NCBI GenBank assembly: GCA_963804955.1
Contig: CAWDSQ010000023.1
Span: forward strand, 1 to 23,042
Reading direction: 5' to 3'
DNA length: 23,042 nt
Source: an uncultured delta proteobacterium
Lineage (GTDB): Bacteria; Desulfobacterota; WTBG01; CAIYCZ01; CAIRTM01
Part shown: positions 1 to 6,974 of the stretch, piece after piece
Layout of the letters: each line of letters opens with the position of its first letter
Position numbering within the stretch: the stretch's first letter is position 1
Position numbers and translations under genes: made by a program
Notes under the pieces: generated by a model
The model's input: the letters and a program-made list of their open reading frames with translations, nothing else
What the model was told of the DNA's origin: nothing
The model's database searches: none

Positions 1-32
1 GTAGTGTTGACTTTTTAGAAAAAAGGCCTGAC

Positions 33-46
33 CACAACATATAGAA
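33..46. promoter_or_regulatory. NrdR-box-like site CACAACATATAGAA, within a 44-bp block repeated at 2335-2378
   Basis: Resembles the NrdR consensus acaCwAtATaTwGtg; a second half-site GTAGTG at 1-6, 40 bp away. Confidence 0.4.
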
Positions 47-116
47 AAAGCGGCGCCATTATTTTATATAGTTACACCATGTTTATTGCTCTGCTAAAAT
101 CAAATGTGAAGGCTCA

Positions 117-390
117 CTAGTATTTCTCAGAGGATTTGGTGTGGGCGTATTTTCCGATAGTATAGAGAATTTTGCAGCCCGCTTTGATGCTTCCTGAAAG
201 CGTTCCGGAAACTTTTGACGTGCCGATTCTGGGCCGGTAGCGCACCGGTATTTCCCGTATGCGCAGGCCCTTTTGCACTGCCTTGATCTGCATTTCAATG
301 GTCCAGCCGAAGTTCCGGCCTAGCCCTGCCCATATCCTGCAGCGAACTTTTTAGGGATACAAAACGACCGCAGCCGGTATTTGCCATTCT
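117..390 (-). pseudogene. 3' remnant of a family-2 glycosyltransferase (DPM1-like C-terminus); not in the ORF track
   Basis: Minus frame 320->117 reads GRNFGWTIEMQIKAVQKGLRIREIPVRYRPRIGTSKVSGTLSGSIKAGCKILYTIGKY...*, the typical GT2 C-terminal pattern (FGWTxEMQxKA...EVPVxYRxRxGxSKxSG). A decayed upstream piece (NTGCGRFVSLKSSLQDMG) lies in another frame; no N-terminal catalytic domain. Upper boundary approximate. Confidence 0.8.
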
Positions 391-455
391 CAAAGCGAGT
401 TTAAATCAGAATGCATGCTTTTTTTCTTACTATTTTGGTTCTTTGTATAAAGCTG

Positions 456-2006
456 TCAGTAGCAGCGGCAGACATCAGCATCGTACTCTTTAATGCTAAC
501 CCCCGAAGGCATTGTTCCATCAACTGTAAGAGTGTGAAACTGAGCTTCACAGGCTTTGGTATCATTAACGGCAATAAACTTTTTAGTGCGTACCGGAACA
601 CATTCTCCGGTGGGCTTCAGCCAATATTTATAATTGTTAACCAGCGTGACTTCTTCTCCGGGCTCCAACGATTCGCACAAAAAATACCCGACGGCACATG
701 ACCATTTTTTTTCATCTTCTATGTAACTCGCAAGCCAGATTGTATTCGGACTTGTGTTTTTGATATACAGATCAGATTCACAATACTGCCCCCCGGTTTG
801 GTCCGTAATTTCTTCATCGCCGGCGCGGAACGACAGATACTGTGAAGCATCGCAACCGGAGGTTTTTTCAGTAATTTTTACCGTATCAAAGCTTTTTACT
901 TTTAACAGGTGAGCATATTCGGTGATTATGTCTTCAGTAAACCAGTCAAAAAGTGCCACAAAATCAAAAAAAGAACTGACGATTTCCGACCTTCCCAAGG
1001 TGGGGATAATTGCCAGACAGCCGTTAAATGAGTTGCGAAGGTCCTCATCCTGCACCTGGTCAAAAAATTCATTAATTGACGGGTCAAGGTAGCTGCCGAA
1101 AAAACTGTTGAGTTTATTAAAAAAAGTGACGATGGCGGCATCAAAGCACTCAATAATTGATAGCGTTGATATGAAATTCCGAACACCCTCTCCAAGGAAA
1201 TATGCAAATCCATAGGCGTTCAGCCACCAGTACAAATCATAATCCGCTTTCCATGCCTCATCGGTCGACGGCGGCCAACCAGAAGAAGAAAGTTTCGCCT
1301 GCGGGGCGATTTGCCATACCGCGCCAAATATCTGAATTTCACCAGGCGTTACATCAAGCTGAATTGTATCCAGAGAGGCAAAAAAGCTCTCAGGGTCATC
1401 TCCGTCAAGCATCCAGGCTGGTATTTGAAGTTTTTGTGATGTGAGCCACCGGCAGGCATTGGAATCCCATGCTTTGCCGGCAGGCGGTATAAGCTTTACT
1501 GTGCCGTCAGGCAGCTTACAGGCAACCCAGCGGCGGGCAAGATTTTTAACCTCAATTTTATCCAGGGCCGGATTGAGAAGCTTCATGCGTTTTATTTTCA
1601 CCATGGACTGGAGGGTAACCGTTTCTCCCTTTTCAAGTTCTACGGGGGTTGAGCTTGCTGCGGTCTGCACCATGGATGGCAGAGCCTGTGAGTCAGCCGG
1701 AGAGCCTAATAGAGAATAAGCTACAGCCTTTCGGCTGGTGTTTTCCGAGAGCGCAACATCGCCAAGCAGGGGGCAGTAAAGATAGGGTTTGCCATTCATC
1801 AGCGCTCCAACAAGATCGTTCTTCTGGACACTGACTCTTTGCGTGCCAGTGTATTCTTGCCCCTGATACAGCAGCGTGCCGTTATCTCCGACGATATCCC
1901 CTGCAATGAGCGTTACGGATTTATCCCTATCGCATCCTGTGGAGAAAAAAGGCGTAAAGAGGATCACCATCAGCCATAAGGATGTTGCAATATTTTTTTT
2001 GGGCAT
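456..2006 (-). CDS. Hypothetical lipoprotein, 516 aa, with a Cys-containing C-terminal beta-rich domain
   Basis: ATG at 2006 preceded by GGAGG. MPKKNIATSLWLMVILFTPFFSTG-C is a signal peptide with lipobox. The ORF-track start at 2117 falls inside a structured leader. No family recognised. Confidence 0.8.
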   Translation of the reverse strand: MPKKNIATSLWLMVILFTPFFSTGCDRDKSVTLIAGDIVGDNGTLLYQGQEYTGTQRVSVQKNDLVGALMNGKPYLYCPLLGDVALSENTSRKAVAYSLLGSPADSQALPSMVQTAASSTPVELEKGETVTLQSMVKIKRMKLLNPALDKIEVKNLARRWVACKLPDGTVKLIPPAGKAWDSNACRWLTSQKLQIPAWMLDGDDPESFFASLDTIQLDVTPGEIQIFGAVWQIAPQAKLSSSGWPPSTDEAWKADYDLYWWLNAYGFAYFLGEGVRNFISTLSIIECFDAAIVTFFNKLNSFFGSYLDPSINEFFDQVQDEDLRNSFNGCLAIIPTLGRSEIVSSFFDFVALFDWFTEDIITEYAHLLKVKSFDTVKITEKTSGCDASQYLSFRAGDEEITDQTGGQYCESDLYIKNTSPNTIWLASYIEDEKKWSCAVGYFLCESLEPGEEVTLVNNYKYWLKPTGECVPVRTKKFIAVNDTKACEAQFHTLTVDGTMPSGVSIKEYDADVCRCY

Positions 2007-2029
2007 CCCTACCTCCCTTCTGGTTGGAT

Positions 2030-2078
2030 AAAAAAAGCCGTTGTTATGAGGCATGTCGCCATGCGTCATAACAGCGGC
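2030..2078 (-). terminator. Intrinsic terminator in the 5' leader of the lipoprotein gene (attenuator)
   Basis: 19-bp stem with 2 mismatches (2037-2055/2060-2078), 4-nt loop, then U7 on the minus strand, ending about 24 nt before the ATG. Confidence 0.8.
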
Positions 2079-2225
2079 CCGACTGTTATCTGTTCCTTTA
2101 CCCTCCGGGAATCCCAAACGGATTTTCCCGAACCCTTGTGTTTAAACAGTATGTAAGAAGTATTAAAATAAAAAAAATTATTTAACAATCAAAAAAAATT
2201 GCACTTGTGCCCCTGCCGACATGCA

Positions 2226-2251
2226 AAACTCCACATTACGGCTCGTCCTGG
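2226..2251 (-). promoter_or_regulatory. Conserved leader motif copy 1, CCA-N4-GAGCCGTAATGTG-N-AGTTT
   Basis: 18/19 identical to 4136-4154, same strand, 220 bp upstream of the ATG. Confidence 0.6.
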
Positions 2252-2351
2252 TCAAATCAAAACCCCGAAAATTTAAGATTACCAAAAACAATATGCAAAA
2301 AATTGAGTGTCGTATTGCTGTGAAGACGTGATACGTAGTATGGACTTTTAT

Positions 2352-2395
2352 AACAAAAGGCCCGGCCACTGTATATAGTGGCAAGGCCTTTTGTT
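2352..2395 (-). terminator. Terminator-like hairpin after the DUF1566 gene; its apex is an NrdR-box-like palindrome (CACTGTATATAGTG, 2367-2380)
   Basis: AACAAAAGGCC/GGCCTTTTGTT outer arms, GCCACT/AGTGGC inner arms; about 21 nt after the stop at 2417. Confidence 0.7.
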
Positions 2396-2416
2396 GATTC
2401 TTCAGCCTCAATTTTA

Positions 2417-3930
2417 TTACTTTCCCACCATAGGCGCAAGCACTTCGAGAACCCTGCGTGTTACGGCACGAAGAGCAAGGCTGCGCTCAAGAGCTGCATT
2501 GATGCTGTCTGCATTGCTGTAATAGATTTGTATTGCCTTTCGGCCAATGAAGCTTTGGGCAAGTTTGCTGTCACGGAAATCGCGCAGATTTTCAAGCTTC
2601 GGGTTATTCACCCCCAACACCTTTTTAGCCGGACATGGGCTAGCTGTAGTTGTTGTGGTCGATGATGGTCCAATACTCGTTGTGGTGGTGGATACACCGC
2701 CGATACTTGTTGTTGTGCTGCTGGAGGATACAGACGTTGTCGTTGCACCTCCGGTCGTGGTGGTTGTCGAGGTGGAAAATGCACCACACTGCCCCGAACT
2801 CACTGCTCGAACATAATCGTCTTCAGACTTATTATTGTAGTACACGTAGCCCCAGTAGGAGCTCACACTCCACGCCCTTCCGTCAATAGTGTAGACATGC
2901 GTGGTGGACGACCAGTAATCTGACGCCACGGTATTGGGAAAATACGTGCTATTTATGGACGGAGTTGAAAGGCCATAATCAACAATTGATTGCAGCTCTT
3001 TAACAGTTGGCATGCGCCAGTCTGAGACCCCCCCGTAGTGTGCGGTGTTCATGGCCCGGATAAAATCCATAGTATCGGTACCGTCGCCCGGCAAGCCTTC
3101 ATTGCCGCCATTGGTTTCGGAATTGTTATCATACCAGGTGTAGGTATTGTCTGCATCATTGGGGTCAGAATAATTTTCAACATCGTCCATAGCATGCTTT
3201 TCTTCCCAGACAAGACCGGTCACATCGTCGCGCACCATGTCCCAGGTTGCGGCAGTGTCGGGCAGGGGTATGCAGCCTTCAGCAAGCTTGGTATATGCCG
3301 GGGTGTTGATGCTGTAGCTGGCATCCTGTCCGTAAAACGGCTGACCGCTCTCGGGACAGATGATGTTATCGGTAGCGTTGTAGCACTTTGTTTGACCGGA
3401 ATCAGGAACGGGCCAAAGAGTCACATTATCAAATGCCCCGGGCTGTTCTGAGCGCATCGCGCGAACATGTAAGCTGTTGCTCTTACGGCTGTTGTACAGA
3501 AAGCCGTCATAGAAGGAAAGGGCCCAGGTCCTGCTTGAATTGTCCGAAACCGTAGTAGACGACCAGTAACTGTATGACAGGGGATCGGGGGGAAATATAG
3601 GGTGTTTATTGTCGGATCGTATCGGGTGGTGTCAACAATAGACTCCAACTCTTTGGCCGTAGGCAGGCGCCAGTCGCTATGTTTGGCGCCCGAGGCATTG
3701 CCAGTACCGACTGTCCACTGACCGTCATTGTTAAGGATTAAATTTTCACAATAATTAAGTGCCAGCTCCCAGGTATAGGTGCTCGGCGCTCTTGACTGTT
3801 GCCACATGAGGCCAGTACCGGTGTCGGTGACCGTGCCGTCGCCATTGTCGATATACCCCGCTTGCGCAGCAGTGCCACACGCCAGAAAAGTACAAATGGA
3901 AAAAATAATGAAAGATTTTCTAAACTGCAT
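2417..3930 (-). CDS. Secreted tandem DUF1566 (Lcl C-terminal, C-type-lectin-like) protein with Thr/Ser-rich linker and CFI-box-CTERM-like tail; about 504 aa, split by a frameshift at the C6 run (3587-3592)
   Basis: AAGGAGG RBS, signal peptide ending AQA. DUF1566 motifs DNGDGTVTDTGTGLMWQ, DWRLPTAKEL, VTGLVWE, DWRMPTVKEL, YWSSTT...YVRAV. Shifting frame at the C run restores DPLSYSYWSSTT...HVRAMRSEQ, in frame with ORF 2417..3457. Tail reads CPAKKVLG...LRDFRDSKL...IGRKAIQIYY. Confidence 0.88.
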
Positions 3931-4012
3931 AGAACCCTCCTTTAAAATCATTAATTCATTTATTATTAGCTATAAACTATAGATATTTTTAGTCAACAGG
4001 AAATACTATGTG

Positions 4013-4039
4013 AAAGAAAAAGTATCTTCGGGAAGATAC
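4013..4039 (-). terminator. Possible leader terminator upstream of the DUF1566 gene
   Basis: GTATCTT-cccg-AAGATAC stem followed by TTTTTCTTT on the minus strand, about 83 nt before the ATG. Confidence 0.5.
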
Positions 4040-4135
4040 GGAAGAAGCGAACAAGGCGGGAAGGGACGTAGATGAAGTGTGATGGCCGACACTAAAAGCT
4101 ACCACAACAGCTTGTGGTCTTGCCTGCCCTTCCCT

Positions 4136-4161
4136 AAACTACACATTACGGCTCTCTATGG
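4136..4161 (-). promoter_or_regulatory. Conserved leader motif copy 2
   Basis: AAACTACACATTACGGCTC vs AAACTCCACATTACGGCTC; 206 bp upstream of the ATG at 3930. Confidence 0.6.
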
Positions 4162-4216
4162 ACTGCGGACCATTCCTTGAATATTCCATATTATCGGAAG
4201 AAATCTTTAATCTATC

Positions 4217-4263
4217 ACAATCAAAAGGGTGGCCACGCTTCGCGTGGCCACCCTTTTGATTGT
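4217..4263. terminator. Strong, probably bidirectional, intrinsic terminator after smpB
   Basis: Perfect 22-bp inverted repeat ACAATCAAAAGGGTGGCCACGC with a 3-nt loop. Confidence 0.85.
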
Positions 4264-4328
4264 TTAATGCGGCGGACAAAGTTTTTCAACTTAGTCCGAA
4301 CCTTCAACTGTCCGGTGATGATGCATGG

Positions 4329-4790
4329 CTACCGCCGCTGCTTCAAAGCCTGCTCGGTTTCGCGCCGCATATCGCGCTTCTTGATGTCCTCGCGGCGGTC
4401 GTGGTGCTTTTTGCCGTGCACCAGAGCCATCTCGACCTTCACCTTGCCGCGCTGGTTGAAATACATGCGCAGGGGCACGAATGACTGGCCCTTTTCCCGT
4501 ATTTTTCCGTACAGCTTTTTTATCTCGCCCCGGTGCAGCAGGAGCTTGCGTTTGCGCAGGGGCTCGTGGTTAAACCGGTTGGCATGGCTGTAGGGGCTGA
4601 TATGCGTCTCGAGCAGGTAAATTTCGCCGCCGTCGAAGCGTGCATAGCTGTCCTTCAGATTCACGCCCCCGCGCCGGCATGATTTAACTTCACTGCCCAA
4701 CAGCGCGATGCCCGTTTCAATGGTCTCGACCACTTCATAATCATAGCGCGCTTTTTTGTTCTGCGCGATGAGCTTCTGCGTTTCTGCCAT
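4329..4790 (-). CDS. smpB: SsrA-binding protein SmpB
   Basis: IAQNKKARYDY, ETGIALLGSEVKS, HISPY, RKRKLLLHRGEI and GKKHHDRRE motifs; 153 aa. Confidence 0.98.
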   Translation of the reverse strand: MAETQKLIAQNKKARYDYEVVETIETGIALLGSEVKSCRRGGVNLKDSYARFDGGEIYLLETHISPYSHANRFNHEPLRKRKLLLHRGEIKKLYGKIREKGQSFVPLRMYFNQRGKVKVEMALVHGKKHHDRREDIKKRDMRRETEQALKQRR

Positions 4791-4858
4791 AATTTTATTG
4801 GACCTCGGTTAAGCAGGATTTGCTGGTTTGCCCTTATGCATGCACTTCTTCTTAAGTA

Positions 4859-4999
4859 GTGTCTGAACGAAAACCCCTCTGTCAGCGAAAACTGTCATTT
4901 CGAAGGAGCGAAGCGACTGAGAAATCTTTAGCACATGCAAAGATCTCTCCCTTCGGTCGAGATGACATGGATATAAAAACAGCGTTTTCGTTCAGACAC
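4859..4999. mobile_element. 141-bp MITE-like element with a REP-like palindromic core
   Basis: Perfect 16-bp TIR GTGTCTGAACGAAAAC (4859-4874/4984-4999). Internal arms TGTCATTTCGA/TCGAGATGACA (4893-4967) and GAGAAATCT/AGATCTCTC. Confidence 0.75.
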
Positions 5000-5052
5000 A
5001 AAGCACAAAAATCTTTATTTATCTGGTTCTTCCGGGTTTGTTGTGCAAAGAA

Positions 5053-6284
5053 TCAACCCGGTTTTGGTTCTTTAATAAATGAGGTTATGACTTTGAGCAT
5101 CAAGTATTCCTGATCCTTGATACCGTATGCTCTTCGTTGCATAACCCGAATCTTGTTATTTAAGCCTTCCATGAATCCAAGAGAAACCTTGTGATCAGGA
5201 TGGCAGTAGCTAACGATTCCGTCCCAGTGACGCTCGATCATAGCGGCAAACTTCTCAAAAGGTTGCAGCCGTTGCCAGCGCAGCTGGGCTTTCCAATTTT
5301 CAAAAAACTTTCGTGCCCATGTCGGATTGTTGTAATCCCACAGTTGCCCGAAAGACTCTTTTAGAATGTAGGCCTTATTGAGCCGTTTGTTTGCTTTGAG
5401 AAGCATCGCTAAGGCTCTGCGGCCATCAATATCCAGATTGGCTTTGTGGGACAGCAGTGTATATCGCTGACCCTTTATAAAGCGCCGTTCTTTCTCATTG
5501 ACACGTTTGTACTCGCTGCGCCTAACCAGATCAAGTGCCTGACTCAGATGGCCTATGATGTGAAACTTATCGTAGACAATTTGTGCTTTGGGAGCATTCT
5601 TCAATGTTGCTTTGCGGAAGGGCTTCCACATATCCATGACCGCAAGCTGTATTGTAGCGGAGCGCTCAATGCCCATGGTGTCGAAAAACAGTTGAAAGTC
5701 CTGTTCCGTTCGGCCCTGTCCGCCCAACCAGATTGGTCGCTGCTCATCAAGATCGGCCACGACGATGGCGTATGTATGGCCTTTGCGGATGGATATTTCG
5801 TCAACACCAATGGCTCTGAGATGTTGGGCTGGCGGGTGCTGTTCCAACAGTCTGCGCATGTAGCATTTTTCCATGCGCCACACCTGATCCCAACTCAGGT
5901 TGTTAAGCTCTGCAACGCGCTTGACCGTCATCTCGCGGCAAAGCTCTCCAATGCGGTCTTCAAACCGTTGAGTGAACCGGGCTGATTTGGCCAGCATTGC
6001 AAGAGTTTCGCGCTTCACGGCTTGACACTGCGGGCAGGCAACCCGGCGGTATTCAAATTCAAGGTATATGCGGGTTGCACCGGCATCCAGGTCCCGCACC
6101 ACGTGAGTCCGTCGGTCCCGAAAGCCTGATGCCGACCGGCCACAAATGATGCAGACTGTTTTTTTTGACGACGCTCAAGACGCACTATTCGGCCATCAGG
6201 ATCTTTAGGGTGTGGCTTGAGTGTGGCTCGGGCTCGAAAGCCGGGAAAGCTATAAAGATCGCGGAATGTTTTTATTGTTTTCAT
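5053..6284 (-). CDS. ISL3 transposase, encoded across a -1 frameshift at an A8 run (6159-6166)
   Basis: GVDEISIRKGHTY, MDMWKPF, VYDKFH, EGLNNKIRVMQRRAYG. Joining RRQKK to TVCIICG...CPQC restores the zinc-ribbon N-terminus. Confidence 0.92.
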
Positions 6285-6290
6285 TCCGCT

Positions 6291-6319
6291 ACTGTAACTG
6301 ACCTCGGAAAACGTGTCAA
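6291..6319 (-). promoter_or_regulatory. Sigma70-type promoter of the transposase
   Basis: TTGACA-N17-TACAGT, 6 nt before the ATG at 6284. Confidence 0.7.
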
Positions 6320-6381
6320 TTTTCAAAGAACATTTATAAAGCTTTTACAGAACATTAACTCTGTTTAGCTGTCCAACAAAC

Positions 6382-6796
6382 TCATGTGATCCATTTATCT
6401 TTACCCTGTATCGCTTCAAGCTCGGCTTGGACAAGCGCGATCAGCGCTGCCGGGGCCGTGTCCGTGCCCGCGGCATATGGCCGGCTCAGCCGGGCACAGG
6501 CTGTAGCCGTCGTGCATAAAGCACCTGCCCTGGTTGCGCACGGCAAACGCATCGGCAGCGGCCTGCCCCCAGTCGGGCCGCACCCCCAGCCACATGGGCA
6601 GGTGCATGCGGCTCCACAAATCCCAGCGCACACCCACATAGAGAAGGCTGCCGCCAGCTGCATTTTTGAATACAAGGGCAAGCTCGCCCTGCCGGCTTAG
6701 CCGCTCCGTGGCATAGGCATCTTTAAAGTGCAGCTCAACGGTGTCAAGCAGTTCAAAATATCCGGCCACAATTTTAGGCATATCTTCAGAAAACAT
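6382..6796 (-). CDS. Hypothetical protein of about 135 aa, frameshifted near 6465-6500; its stop codon was replaced by the IS end
   Basis: ORF 6416..6796 has a GAGAGGG RBS. The alternative frame ends ...ELEAIQGKDK, followed by TAA once the IS and one TSD are removed. Confidence 0.6.
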
Positions 6797-6811
6797 ACAT
6801 ACCCTCTCTAG

Positions 6812-6936
6812 CAGGCTGTTGAAAAACGCCCATCTGCCGCGTTGCGCTCATCATACTTCATTGCGACGTACGAAAAAGTACGCCTCATGTCGCATGATTT
6901 CGTGCGCCTTGCATCTGAGCATTTTTGAACAGCCTG
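6812..6936. mobile_element. 125-bp MITE-like element
   Basis: TIR CAGGCTGTTGAAAAA / TTTTTGAACAGCCTG (14/15); internal palindromic pieces (CGTAC-gaaaaa-GTACG); intergenic. Confidence 0.7.
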
Positions 6937-6974
6937 TACAGCATGCTAGATGTGTGAGCGGCAAGCAGGCCTGA

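Larger units (their letters stand above)
5025..6392 (-). mobile_element. Complete ISL3-family insertion sequence, 1368 bp
   Basis: 8-bp direct repeat ATTTATCT at 5017-5024 and 6393-6400. Imperfect TIRs GGTTCTTCCGGGTTTGTTGTGCA / GGATCACATGAGTTTGTTGGACA (15/23). Confidence 0.92.

Noticed and set aside
2007..2117. 37-aa N-terminal extension of the lipoprotein in the ORF track
   Set aside because: It overlaps the leader terminator; the RBS and signal peptide point to ATG 2006.
2095..2140. c-di-AMP (ydaO) riboswitch suggested by CCCGAACCC on the plus strand
   Set aside because: Wrong strand for the adjacent gene and the other conserved ydaO blocks are missing.
2640..2775. CRISPR or tandem DNA repeat
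   Set aside because: The repetition is Thr/Ser codons of a protein linker; no constant repeat-spacer units.
2417..4200. Complete DGR locus
   Set aside because: No reverse transcriptase, Avd or adenine-rich template repeat in the window; kept only as a possible remote target.
3960..4860. tmRNA (ssrA) next to smpB
   Set aside because: No GGGG 5' end with ATTCGAC, no canonical T-arm plus CCACCA end, and no tag ORF seen on either side.
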